DNA of 64,000 bases from a virus: positions 1 through 64,000 of IMG/VR virus record IMGVR_UViG_3300006028_000010; one strand, given 5' to 3'. Under the pieces are notes generated by a model. The model saw only the letters and a program-made list of their open reading frames with translations. It was not told the DNA's origin and made no database searches. Below, piece after piece: positions 28,080 to 37,299 of this stretch (position 1 is the stretch's first letter; each line of letters starts with the position of its first letter). Position numbers and translations under genes: made by a program.

Positions 28080-28777
28080 CAGACCCGCGACCCCTTCCTG
28101 GAGTTGCACGACACGCACAGAACTTGCATGTTTTCGTATGCATTAGTTCCACCGCGGGCAAGCGGGACAATGTGATCTACCGTGAGCGAGTTGTTGGCCC
28201 CGCAGGGGCATGTGTGCAACCCAGCTTTGATTTCGGCGTGCAGCCGACGGCGCCCGGCGCTGACTGCGAATGACCGTCGCAACTCTTTCAGCTCGCTCAC
28301 TGAAATGAGATTATTTCGTTTGCGCAGGACCGAGTTGGGCGCAAGATTCGTTTGCGCTATCAACGCGACGGCGGCGTCGAGAGCTCTCTGGTTACCGCTA
28401 GCCTCGAACACGCTCGCGATAAGAAGTTGTAGTGGCCGTGAGCGGACCGCTTCGACGTCACGGATGGCGCGCTCCAGCACGGTTGGAACTTTGAACACAT
28501 ACTCGTCATGGATGGCGTCCTCGATGAACAACTCCGCTGTCTCATCATCGATCGCGATAACGCCATTTGATCGGAGGTCAAGGAGTGCTACGTTAACCCC
28601 GTGATGGGTCATGTTCGTCCATTCAACCCAGAGGTCGGGGAGCAGTGTCGTGACTCCAACCCGGTTAAGGGTTGGAGTGGTGCGAATGGCAAAGTAAAGA
28701 AGTTGCGACCAACGGTGCAATGCGCGGAACTCTGATCGGCGCCATACATGTGTTGAGATTAGCGCTGATTCTCGCAT
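28079..28777 (-). CDS. HNH endonuclease with initiator-like N-terminal domain
   Basis: C-terminal CPCG...LTVDHIVPLARGG.N...NMQVLCVSCNSRK. Confidence 0.85.
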   Translation of the reverse strand: MRESALISTHVWRRSEFRALHRWSQLLYFAIRTTPTLNRVGVTTLLPDLWVEWTNMTHHGVNVALLDLRSNGVIAIDDETAELFIEDAIHDEYVFKVPTVLERAIRDVEAVRSRPLQLLIASVFEASGNQRALDAAVALIAQTNLAPNSVLRKRNNLISVSELKELRRSFAVSAGRRRLHAEIKAGLHTCPCGANNSLTVDHIVPLARGGTNAYENMQVLCVSCNSRKGSRV

Positions 28778-29232
28778 CCGGCCCCCCTCGTCAAGCTATT
28801 GACGTCCCCCGACTGCCCAAGTTGAGTTATGGTGATTTCGAGCCACATTCCGCCGGTGTGTGGTGGTGGGAGGATGACGGGTGTGTGTTTGGTCATGTGG
28901 CGGGGTGTGTCTTTGGGGACGATGCGCGCGTCTTCTGCTATGGCGTCGCAACATGCTTTATAGGTGGGGTAGGGGTTGTCTTCGTCGCGTTCGCGGTGGT
29001 CGCCTGGTGCCCAGTAGAGGACGACGGTGCAGTGCTCAACGGGGGGTATTCGGGCGGCTTTGATGAGCCAGGTGACGTCGTGGCGGATTTGTTTGGTGAG
29101 GCGGGCTCGGGCCATGTGGTGGAGTCGTTGGTTGGCGGTGAGTGGCGGCTTGGGCCAGGGGAGGTTGATGTGGTGGGTGGTGGGGGCGTCGGTGTGGTGG
29201 GGTTGTGGTTTTGTGGTTGGTTGTGGTGTCAT
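28759..29232 (-). CDS. RusA-like Holliday junction resolvase
   Basis: LPW..PPLTANQR.H...RDEDN..PT.KA..DAI......DT. Confidence 0.7.
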   Translation of the reverse strand: MTPQPTTKPQPHHTDAPTTHHINLPWPKPPLTANQRLHHMARARLTKQIRHDVTWLIKAARIPPVEHCTVVLYWAPGDHRERDEDNPYPTYKACCDAIAEDARIVPKDTPRHMTKHTPVILPPPHTGGMWLEITITQLGQSGDVNSLTRGAGCENQR

Positions 29233-29428
29233 GGGGGTGCCGGCGCTCCTTTTCGTGGGTGTTTGGGTGTGTCGGGGTTGGTTGTTGGCTGGGTCTCTGG
29301 GTGTGGTGTCTGGGGGCCCAGTCTTTTTTGTGTTTAGGGGCTCATGGGGCCGCTCCGTTGAGCCTTCAGTAGGTCCAGCAGATCTAGCGGATCCTCATGA
29401 CCAGTTGAGGTGTACCTGCACGGGTGGA

Positions 29429-30220
29429 TCACGATGCCTCCCCGTCAATAATGTCTAGGAGAGAGCCTTGGCGGTCGTTCAGTCGTAACGCGGCCGTTTC
29501 GCAGGTTGCTTCGTCGGCTTCAATGAGGAGAGCGCGGCGTCCGATAGTCTTGGCTGCTACTCCGGTGGTTCCTGAACCCGCGAAGCAGTCCAGGACGAGT
29601 CCACCGGGTGGTGTGCATTCACGAACCAGTGGAATAACAGCAGAAAGGGGTTTCTCGTCTTGGTGTCGTTTCTGATATCGAACGGATCCAGCCTCAATTA
29701 CGAACGTGACAGACCGGGGTTGGCGTGTGCCGTCGTCGGTCCAGGCTTGGTTTTCGTATCCGTTACGTTGGGGTGAGCTGGGGGTAATCCGTTGTTTCGT
29801 TCCTTCGCTGGAGCCGAAATATTTATCTCGTTCCCATTCGTGATGTAAATCGGACCAGCGCCCGCGGTACCAGTGGTAGGCCCATTCGTGGATCTTCACG
29901 AGTCGGTCACGGCTCGCGGGTCCGGTTCCGTTTCTCTTTACCCAGAGCGCTTCTTGTGCGTAGCGCCACTGGGTGAATTCGTTCACGTGATCGAGGAACA
30001 TCCGCGCTGATCCGAAGCACCAAAGAGATGCTGTGTCGGGCACTACGGCGCCTACTGCGGCGACCCATCCATCAGGCCAGCGATCCCACGCTGCTGACGT
30101 TTCCCCGTACGGTGGATCACATACGGCCGAATCGGGTTTGATGTCCAGGGTTGGCAGCAATTCGCGGCAATCGCCAAGCAACAATGTGACGTGTTCGTCA
30201 GCGTAGTACGGTTTATTCAT
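29429..30220 (-). CDS. orphan DNA amino-methyltransferase (N6A/N4C, beta class)
   Basis: GDC, DPPY, H...KP, VLDCFAGSGTT. Confidence 0.92.
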   Translation of the reverse strand: MNKPYYADEHVTLLLGDCRELLPTLDIKPDSAVCDPPYGETSAAWDRWPDGWVAAVGAVVPDTASLWCFGSARMFLDHVNEFTQWRYAQEALWVKRNGTGPASRDRLVKIHEWAYHWYRGRWSDLHHEWERDKYFGSSEGTKQRITPSSPQRNGYENQAWTDDGTRQPRSVTFVIEAGSVRYQKRHQDEKPLSAVIPLVRECTPPGGLVLDCFAGSGTTGVAAKTIGRRALLIEADEATCETAALRLNDRQGSLLDIIDGEAS

Positions 30221-30405
30221 GGCGCTATCACCGCGTCGTGGGCGTGATATTGGTGCCACGTGCCGTCTTCTTTCGCATCCAGCGGGTTGGCGTAGGGCCC
30301 GGCCCATCTACGGCAGCCTCGCGTCAAGCAGCGGCGATACCATGCATCTTTGGCTGTGGCGCCGAGTTCTGTGGTTTGTGACCGACGCCATGGCATGTAT
30401 ATCAT
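30217..30405 (-). CDS. hypothetical protein
   Basis: ATGA coupled; C...GC...H...H. Confidence 0.5.
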   Translation of the reverse strand: MIYMPWRRSQTTELGATAKDAWYRRCLTRGCRRWAGPYANPLDAKEDGTWHQYHAHDAVIAP

Positions 30406-30482
30406 GCGCGGTGCTTTGCCTTGGCCAAATGTTGGATTTGACACGGTGGATTGCGCCAGACTCCAGCGTGCTGCGTCGGCGA

Positions 30483-30869
30483 TCATGTCGTGATTTGTCG
30501 GTAGGTGGATATGGATGCTTGTCCTGGGTGGCTTCCGGTGACGCCGGGTAGGGCTGTGAGGGTTGTGTGTATTTGTTGGGGGTTGGCGCCGTGTCGTAGT
30601 AGGGCGACGGTGGTGAGGCAGCCGGGGTTGTTGTTGGTGGGCCACGTAACGATTCGGCTGATTTGGTGTCGTAGCCCAGCCGTGGTGAGGGCGGTGTGGG
30701 CGTCTTGGGTGGCTTGTTCTGGGGTGAGGGTTGGTGGGGTGTGGCGGACGGTGGGTGGGTTGTTGGGGATGGGTCGTAAATGCCGTCTGGTTCGCTTGTG
30801 GGGCGGTTTAGCGGGCTGGGGGGTGTCCCAGAGTGGGGGTTGGGACATGGCGGGGTTGGCGGGGCTCAC
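30483..30869 (-). CDS. hypothetical protein
   Basis: ORF within the early operon. Confidence 0.5.
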   Translation of the reverse strand: MSPANPAMSQPPLWDTPQPAKPPHKRTRRHLRPIPNNPPTVRHTPPTLTPEQATQDAHTALTTAGLRHQISRIVTWPTNNNPGCLTTVALLRHGANPQQIHTTLTALPGVTGSHPGQASISTYRQITT

Positions 30870-30900
30870 AGTGGCACCGCCGGCCGGTTCGGGTGGGGTT

Positions 30901-31479
30901 TCATGCGGCGGTTGTCTTTCGGCGTTCGCGTTGGCGGCGTGTGTAGTTGTCGCGTTGGCAGGTGGGGCCGCAGGTGATCTGGTTTTTGTGTTTGGGGGTG
31001 AAGGGTAGGTCGCAGATGCGGCAGTTTTGTGTGACTGGTGCTGGTCGTGTGGCGTTCCGGCGGTTTCGTTTGCGGTCCACGGCGGCTTGTTTTTCGCAGG
31101 TGTCGGAGCAGTATTTGCGGAGGGTGGAGTAGTTGTTGTTGGTGATGGGTCCGCCGCAGTGTGTGCAGTTGCCTTGTTTGTGTTCGAAGAGTTGGCCGCC
31201 CCATATTCCGGGGCCGAGGGTGGGGTTGGTGAGGCGTTGTGTGAGGCATGCGGCTTGTTCGGGGCAGTTGTTGCAGCTGGCGGTGGCCTTGGTGTGCCGC
31301 TGGGCGCGTTCGTCGTCTTCCTCGCCGTCGATGTTGGCGTCCCAGAGGTTGCCTCCGCCTTTGCATGCGGCGTCGGGGAGGTTGGGGCCGAGGGTGAGGG
31401 GTGTGGGTCGGTGGTATTCGGGTGGGTGGGTGTAGTGGCCCATGCGGCGGGCGCCGATGGGTTCGAGTGTGGTGGTCAC
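30901..31479 (-). CDS. whiB: WhiB-family protein with two C-terminal CxxC...CxxxC zinc-finger repeats
   Basis: AAC...CNNCPEQAAC...GIWGG; CTHCG...YCSDTC; CRIC...TCGPTC. Confidence 0.8.
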   Translation of the reverse strand: MTTTLEPIGARRMGHYTHPPEYHRPTPLTLGPNLPDAACKGGGNLWDANIDGEEDDERAQRHTKATASCNNCPEQAACLTQRLTNPTLGPGIWGGQLFEHKQGNCTHCGGPITNNNYSTLRKYCSDTCEKQAAVDRKRNRRNATRPAPVTQNCRICDLPFTPKHKNQITCGPTCQRDNYTRRQRERRKTTAA

Positions 31480-31850
31480 GCGGCGCCCGCTTCGCGCGGT
31501 TCAGGTGCGGTCGCTTCAGGGGCCGGTGGGGGGTGGTCGCCGTTTTGTGACGTGTCTGGGGTGGTTGCTGCGGGGTTGTCCAAAACGGATGGCGCGGCCG
31601 GTGGGGGGGTGGGGGTGATAACGGTGGGTGGGGTGAGTTGCACCACGACCTGCACGGCTTTGTCGTCGGCGTCGAATTCGACTTGCTGAATGGTTAGGGT
31701 GATGACGCCTCTGGCGCCTTTGGTGATGATGGCGTCGGCGCGGACGAATTTGCTGTTGATGTAGTGGAGTCCGGTGACGGAGTCCGCGATGAGTTGCGCG
31801 ACGAGTTTCGCGGTGTCGGTTTCGGGGTTTTGGATTGTTGTGGTGGTCAC
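31476..31850 (-). CDS. hypothetical protein
   Basis: GTGA coupled. Confidence 0.5.
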   Translation of the reverse strand: MTTTTIQNPETDTAKLVAQLIADSVTGLHYINSKFVRADAIITKGARGVITLTIQQVEFDADDKAVQVVVQLTPPTVITPTPPPAAPSVLDNPAATTPDTSQNGDHPPPAPEATAPEPREAGAA

Positions 31851-32050
31851 GAGAGGATCACTCCGATCGCGATGATGAGCATGAGGGCGGCGATGACGAT
31901 GGCGGCGGTGGTGTCGTTGCTGGTACGCACGTGTGGTCTTTCGTCTGGTGGTTGGCATTCGCATTCGGGGTTGTTGCAGGGGGGTTCGGTGAGGGCTGCG
32001 CCCCACAAATCCCAGAGGGAATCCCGGTCCCAGCCGTCGGGCGGGCTCAC
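31847..32050 (-). CDS. small membrane protein
   Basis: C-terminal TM helix; coupled. Confidence 0.5.
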   Translation of the reverse strand: MSPPDGWDRDSLWDLWGAALTEPPCNNPECECQPPDERPHVRTSNDTTAAIVIAALMLIIAIGVILS

Positions 32051-33078
32051 TGGTCATCACCATCTTCGGGTTGTCCGATTAGTTCAGCGATGGTTTCCGC
32101 GAGGTTGCCCGTGGCCTCAAACTGTTCTAGTTGGTCAATCAGGTGGGATGCTTCCCGCTTGGTGAGGTCAGCAGAGGATCCGAGTTCGCGGCCCACGATG
32201 AGGCTGGCCGCTTGGAGTTTCGTTTCGCGGTCTTTGACGCCCGCGTTCCCGAACAGGGCGTGGAGCTCGTCGCTTTGCGGCTTCGTGATCCCCGGCTCAG
32301 GTTCGGTGGCGGGTTCGTAGTCGTCTTCGCCGGGCAGAGGCGGTCCCTGCGGCTCCGCAGCGAGCTCCGTGGGTGGTTCCGGCTCGGGTGGGGCCTGTCG
32401 GGGTTGTGTGCGCCGCTGCGCGGTCCGGCGCGCCGGCGGCGCGGATGGTTGTTGCGCGCGTTCAAGTTCTGGCCCGGGGGCAAAATCCGGTAGCAACCCG
32501 TCGGCGAGTTCTTCCGCCGAGTACGGGATACCCATGATCGCGTCGGACGCCACCAGTCGACACACCTCAGACGTCGCACGCGCCATCAGCATCGCCTTCG
32601 GCTGTTTCTTGTAATTGTCTTTGTTCGCTAGCCCCAGCTGACGAGCACGCTCAATTGTCCACACGGATTCCTGAACTTCGGTTTCCCCGGCGCGTCGACC
32701 CCGGAAGATCGCCCGAGTGTCCGTCGCTTCTACCAGCCAAACCGAATGACCCACTGACTGCAACACGGCGCGCTGTGTGATGGCTTTGGGTGCCGCGTTT
32801 CCTTCGATAACGTCGAAGGCGCGTAACGACGCCATCGGCGAGAAACCCAGTTCGTCTCCAGCGAGGATCGCCGCGGTTGCTTCGTGTGGCTTATCCCGAA
32901 ACTGCTTAGGGACGAACGATGTTTTGACCAACTTCTCGGCCACGGTGTAGGCCGCCTGCGCGGACTCCGCCCACTCGGTGAGCCGCTGCACGGTACGCGG
33001 CCGCAACGCGACCTGATTGGGTTGCTGGTAGTGGGTGAGACCGTTGCGGGAGTCGTCGTAGGTTTCGAGTTCGGTCAC
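32047..33078 (-). CDS. RecT/Redbeta-like single-strand annealing protein
   Basis: FVPKQFR.KP....AAIL.G.ELG..PM...VIEG...W.IERA..LGL..K.NY...P..ML.ARA; adjacent to an exonuclease. Confidence 0.8.
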   Translation of the reverse strand: MTELETYDDSRNGLTHYQQPNQVALRPRTVQRLTEWAESAQAAYTVAEKLVKTSFVPKQFRDKPHEATAAILAGDELGFSPMASLRAFDVIEGNAAPKAITQRAVLQSVGHSVWLVEATDTRAIFRGRRAGETEVQESVWTIERARQLGLANKDNYKKQPKAMLMARATSEVCRLVASDAIMGIPYSAEELADGLLPDFAPGPELERAQQPSAPPARRTAQRRTQPRQAPPEPEPPTELAAEPQGPPLPGEDDYEPATEPEPGITKPQSDELHALFGNAGVKDRETKLQAASLIVGRELGSSADLTKREASHLIDQLEQFEATGNLAETIAELIGQPEDGDDQ

Positions 33079-33884
33079 GACGCCACCTCGCTGGCCACGA
33101 TCTCCAGACGGCGGCGCTGCACCCGGCTGGGCGGGTCGATCGGCGCGCCGATCAGATCGCGGGCCTCGTCGTCGAACCGTTTGATCTGCTGCGCGTACAA
33201 AAAGTCACGGAATTGTTGGGGTCCAGCGATGACGGGAACAAGGTCGAACCCGTCGGACCGGACGTGGATCGCGGCGCAGTCGTCGACCTCTATCATCGGC
33301 CGGGGCTCGCCATCAACGACGCAGGTCTCTGCGTATCGGTACCCGGCGAGTTGCAGCGCGGTCTCACCAAAGATACCGGTGCGGTTGGTTTTGACGTCGA
33401 CGAGTAGCCGCTTACCCATTGTGGGGAAGTCCGCGATCAGGTCAAGCGTTCCCGCATACCCGTACTTGATCGAGTAGATGGTGCCTTCGATCAGGACGGG
33501 TTGCGGTTCGAACTGGTCTAAGAATTGGACGTAGCTTTCGGTGTGCCCGGCTAGTTCTTCGGGGATGGGTACTTCGGCGCCGGTGATGAGTTGTTCAGCT
33601 AGTTTGTGGACTTGGGTGCCGCGGTTCGCGGCTTTGTCTCGGTCTTCGTACCGTCCGCCTTGGAGCCTGCGTAGGCGTTCGGAGGGGGGGAGTGTCGCGA
33701 GTTCGTCCCAGTTGTCGATGGCGTAGCCAGCGGTGGCGTTCCCGGCCCAGTTGATGAGGGCTGCTTTGGGTAGACCACCACCGAGGATGGTGGTGACTCC
33801 GGGGACCCGGCGCCCGTTGGCGTCCACGTAGTGGTGGCCTTTGGCGGTGTCGACGCGCCGGATAGGCCCGGTGAATAGGCTCAT
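33075..33884 (-). CDS. PD-(D/E)XK exonuclease (RecE/Cas4-like)
   Basis: PGVTTIL...RGTQVH...YAGTLDL...DVKT...QLAGY. Confidence 0.85.
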   Translation of the reverse strand: MSLFTGPIRRVDTAKGHHYVDANGRRVPGVTTILGGGLPKAALINWAGNATAGYAIDNWDELATLPPSERLRRLQGGRYEDRDKAANRGTQVHKLAEQLITGAEVPIPEELAGHTESYVQFLDQFEPQPVLIEGTIYSIKYGYAGTLDLIADFPTMGKRLLVDVKTNRTGIFGETALQLAGYRYAETCVVDGEPRPMIEVDDCAAIHVRSDGFDLVPVIAGPQQFRDFLYAQQIKRFDDEARDLIGAPIDPPSRVQRRRLEIVASEVAS

Positions 33885-34225
33885 CCGCTGTCGCCTTGCC
33901 CGGCCTGACGCGCCTCACGGGCGATGTCTTGGTCGGTGACGTCGAACATGTGGTGTTCGAACGCGCGCCACTGCCCAGGGTCCGAGAAGTCGGGGCCGCA
34001 GTGTTCAGCGAGTTCAGCGCGTCCCCGGTCGGTGAGGGTGACGTAAGAATCATCCGTGACGGTGACCCATCCCCACTGGTGCAGCACGGCGACGGCGAGC
34101 CCCTGGAACAGGGTCGCTGGTGTGTTGTCGATGTAGATGACGTCGTGGGGATCGAGGGTGATGCGGTGTTCCCGGGCGGCGTCCGCGATGACACGCAGCG
34201 ACGCGAGGACCGCCGCGCTGGTCAT
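33881..34225 (-). CDS. hypothetical protein
   Basis: ATGA coupled; LT.RGR wHTH-like tail. Confidence 0.55.
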   Translation of the reverse strand: MTSAAVLASLRVIADAAREHRITLDPHDVIYIDNTPATLFQGLAVAVLHQWGWVTVTDDSYVTLTDRGRAELAEHCGPDFSDPGQWRAFEHHMFDVTDQDIAREARQAGQGDSG

Positions 34226-34497
34226 GACGCAGCCTCATGAGGCGCAAGGCTCATTCCTGCGGCCGGCGATCCCGGTACCGATCCGATTACTGGCCAATGC
34301 GCGACTCGCGCTGGTTCTTCATAGCCGACGGAACCGCAATGATCGATGAGATGCCATGAACGTGGGTGCGGCGGACTGGGCCACATGATCGCGAGGAAGC
34401 AGCCGTTGGGGGATCGGCGGACTGTTCCGATCGGGTCCGCAGAGGAATCGCCTTGGATCTGTCCGCGTCCACCGAAGGGCGGTTTACGCGTGCTCAC
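34222..34497 (-). CDS. hypothetical protein
   Basis: Coupled at both ends. Confidence 0.55.
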   Translation of the reverse strand: MSTRKPPFGGRGQIQGDSSADPIGTVRRSPNGCFLAIMWPSPPHPRSWHLIDHCGSVGYEEPARVAHWPVIGSVPGSPAAGMSLAPHEAAS

Positions 34498-35123
34498 GCC
34501 GCGCCCCTAGCCGCCATTGCCGCGAGATCACCAGCAAGGTGCCGCCAATCGGGGAACCACCGGATCTGCGGGAGGGTGTGGAAAATGTTCTCCCTGGGGC
34601 CACAAATTATGACTTGCTTGCCCAGCCCGAGAGCGAACCCGTGTTCAACGTGCCGGCCGCCTTTACCGCCCCCGTCGACGGAGGTGAAGGAGATGACGGT
34701 GTCCGCGGCTTTCAGATCGTCCAAGTCATGTTGCCCGAGGACGGCGCATTCGTCGGGGTCGGCGTTTAGTTTGGCGGGGGTGTATGACTGCTCAAGTGTG
34801 CCGTTGTGTTGGTCGATCCACCGTGAGGTGACTTCGTACCCGAGTGCGAGGAGGACGTCGCGGACTGCGCGCATTTCGTTGTGGCGGCTGTACCGGGCGG
34901 CGAGGTAGATCCTGCGGGGCCTGTTCAGGGGGCCGCCGTTGCGTTGTTGCCAGTCCCGCGCGCCGTGGGCGAGGAGGGTGTAGCAGCGGTCGCCGAGTAC
35001 CTCGGCGGCCCGGTCGGACAGGTCCGGTTCACCGATGTGAGCACCGCCGCTGTAGTAGCGGGCGGTCCATTCGAACGCGCCCCGGATCTGTTCCCTGGTT
35101 GGTGACTTGACGGGTTGTGGCAT
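34494..35123 (-). CDS. nucleoside 2-deoxyribosyltransferase/N-glycosidase-like protein
   Basis: IYLAARY...DLDDLKAAD.V...GRHVEHGFALGLGK. Confidence 0.75.
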   Translation of the reverse strand: MPQPVKSPTREQIRGAFEWTARYYSGGAHIGEPDLSDRAAEVLGDRCYTLLAHGARDWQQRNGGPLNRPRRIYLAARYSRHNEMRAVRDVLLALGYEVTSRWIDQHNGTLEQSYTPAKLNADPDECAVLGQHDLDDLKAADTVISFTSVDGGGKGGRHVEHGFALGLGKQVIICGPRENIFHTLPQIRWFPDWRHLAGDLAAMAARGAA

Positions 35124-35246
35124 GATGTGTTTAAGACCTTTCTTGGGTTGGTTGGGCACCGTTCGTGGTGGTTCGGGTGCCGGTTGGTGTTGTTGCGGGG
35201 CGGCTTTCGGGTGTTTTGTGGGCACCTGGGGGCCGCTTCCGCATTT

Positions 35247-35525
35247 TCAGGCGGTGTTTTCGTGGGTGGCCCAGTCGAGGATTTTGGGGATCTCCGAGAG
35301 GGGGATCACTTTCTCGCGGAGCCCTTCGCTGATGACCCGGATCCGGCCTTCGTGGATGCGGTCGTGCAGCCACCGGTACGGCAGTCGTGTGAACACGGCT
35401 GCTTCTTTGACGGTGAGCGCGCCGACTGTGATGTCCCCGATGTTGAGCACGTGAAGCGCGGGAGCGGTTTCGACTGCGGCGTCGCGGAGGGCGTCGAGTC
35501 CTTTGAGTCGCCGGGGTGTGGCCAT
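35247..35525 (-). CDS. excisionase-like HTH protein
   Basis: LTVKEAA......WL...I..GRI. Confidence 0.65.
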   Translation of the reverse strand: MATPRRLKGLDALRDAAVETAPALHVLNIGDITVGALTVKEAAVFTRLPYRWLHDRIHEGRIRVISEGLREKVIPLSEIPKILDWATHENTA

Positions 35526-35528
35526 GGT

Positions 35529-35774
35529 TCAGGCCGCTGGTTCTGTTTGGTGGCGGCGGAGGGCGTCAATGAGTTCGGAGGGGCGCAGGTGGTAGATGCC
35601 AGCGATGGCTTGGAGGAGTTCGTCGCTGGGGTTCCCGCTGCCGCGTTCGATGCGGGCGAGGTGGTTCGGGGAGCAGCCGATATGGGTGGCTGCTGCGCGG
35701 AGGCTGAGGTTCGCGTCTAGGCGCAGTCTGCGTAGGTAGTTGTCGCTGGTTCGCCAGGATGGTGTTCCGCCCAT
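35529..35774 (-). CDS. Cro-like XRE HTH regulator
   Basis: LRRLR...LSLR.AA..IG.S..HLARIERG...PS; divergent from the repressor. Confidence 0.85.
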   Translation of the reverse strand: MGGTPSWRTSDNYLRRLRLDANLSLRAAATHIGCSPNHLARIERGSGNPSDELLQAIAGIYHLRPSELIDALRRHQTEPAA

Positions 35775-36111
35775 GATGCCAGAATAGGGCTTATGAGACC
35801 ATACCGCAACACATCAGGACCCACCAGGGCAGACTGCGGTGTGTGACAACAGGGGCACAGACCGTTACTTCCGGGTGTTTTTTGTTGCTCTTACAGGTGG
35901 TTACCCACCGTTGAGACAGCCGTGTTCAGGGTTCACGTGGCAACATGCGAACAGTGCCCGCCCCAAACCCCCAAACCCCCGGACGTCATCCGCGGGGGTT
36001 GCAGGCCACCCACGGGGCCAACGAGCCCAACAAACCAAACACTCACCCGCACGCCTATTCCCGCCCACGACCTTAACCAGCCGTGGGCTTTTTCCTTCGG
36101 GAGGATTCTCA

Positions 36112-36552
36112 GTGCCCGTGAAAACGTTCGCAACGAAAGTCAGGACCGCGCGGGAAGAACAGCGCCTATCCCGCCCGGATCTCGCGAAACTGGCCGGGGT
36201 GTCCCCTAACCTCCTGGAACGGCTGGAAGGGATGGATCACCCACCTAAACCGAAACGCCCCACCGTGATCGACCTATCTCACGCCCTAGGGCTGAACATA
36301 GACGCGGAACTCGCCGCGCTGGGCTACCCGCCACTGACGAACGCGGAACGGTCACGGCTACCGAGCAGAACGGACCCGTGGCCCGAGTTAGAACAGTTAT
36401 GGGGCCGGCTGACCCCCGCACAGAAGCACGCCGTCGTGTCCCTGATCGGCGCGTTCACCGAAGGGCGGAACCCCGCGCCCGGGCGGGAACCCGTGAACGT
36501 GGTCCGGTTGTCCACAACCGACGGCGTCCCAGAAGACATGAACAACCATTAA
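36112..36552 (+). CDS. immunity repressor (XRE HTH)
   Basis: VRTAREEQRLSR.DLAKLAGVS...LERLE; GGGAGG RBS; divergent from cro. Confidence 0.8.
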   Translation: MPVKTFATKVRTAREEQRLSRPDLAKLAGVSPNLLERLEGMDHPPKPKRPTVIDLSHALGLNIDAELAALGYPPLTNAERSRLPSRTDPWPELEQLWGRLTPAQKHAVVSLIGAFTEGRNPAPGREPVNVVRLSTTDGVPEDMNNH

Positions 36553-36911
36553 ACCCGGCTGTCGCAGCCAGGGCAGCCCTCACTGCACCCCAACAGGTGC
36601 TGCCCCCGCCTCGTAAGTTCCGCCGTGACACGGGGATCGTCCCCAGTGGGGTACACCGCGAAGACCTCCCCGTCCTCGGTCAACGCGAGGGTGACCCAAG
36701 CGGCCACCGGTTTACCGACACGCTCAGCGATGTGAAAGCGGGCGCTGGACGTGTCAACGGCGCCGCCAAGACTCTCAGGCATAGCTATGGGGTACCCCCT
36801 CCGTAAGGTCGCGGGGTTCGCCACATCGGCTACTGGTGGGTCACCCGATCGATCCTTTGCTAACGGGGGTGGCTCCCAACCGGTGGACTTACCGGCGGCC
36901 TGCACATGCAC
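36549..36911 (-). CDS. hypothetical protein
   Basis: Convergent with the repressor; C-terminal H...C..GC..C. Confidence 0.4.
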   Translation of the reverse strand: MHVQAAGKSTGWEPPPLAKDRSGDPPVADVANPATLRRGYPIAMPESLGGAVDTSSARFHIAERVGKPVAAWVTLALTEDGEVFAVYPTGDDPRVTAELTRRGQHLLGCSEGCPGCDSRV

Positions 36912-37258
36912 GTGCCGATGCTAACCCCAGCACGCTCAGCGTCGCATCCGTCAACACGGATTAAACCCGATGCGCTGCCCCTAGCCCAAACTGTCACCAC
37001 GGTCGTAGACACGCAAACACACCCTGTTCCATAATGGCCCGTTTGCCACCACCGGAGTAGCCGCGTCAATGGTGCGTTTGTCGTATTCCTGGTCGGTGAG
37101 CGCGGCTAGCTGGGGTGCCATGCGAAAGCCCACTCTGGCGCTGGTTCCGCCCTGGGGTTGCCCTTATGTTGGTATGCACTGTCGTGCGTTGTGCGGCACA
37201 GTTCGGGGCGGCCGGCTTGGCATGATGCCACGTAATGCACTGTTACGCACGAGCGCCA

Positions 37259-37299
37259 GTTAATCGCAGGGTTGTTGGTTCGAGTCCAACTCGGGGAGC
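37259..37299 (+). other. attP core: 3' half of tRNA-Asn(GTT)
   Basis: GTTAATCGCAGGGTTGTTGGTTCGAGTCCAACTCGGGGAGC is anticodon loop through T-arm and acceptor 3' strand; no 5' half; integrase nearby; ATGCACTGT repeats at 37174 and 37235 may be arm sites. Confidence 0.85.

Noticed and set aside
29429-30220. Restriction-modification system
   Set aside because: No adjacent cognate endonuclease; the context fits an orphan phage methyltransferase
36112-37299. Integration-dependent immunity (attP inside the repressor gene)
   Set aside because: attP lies about 700 bp beyond the repressor stop codon
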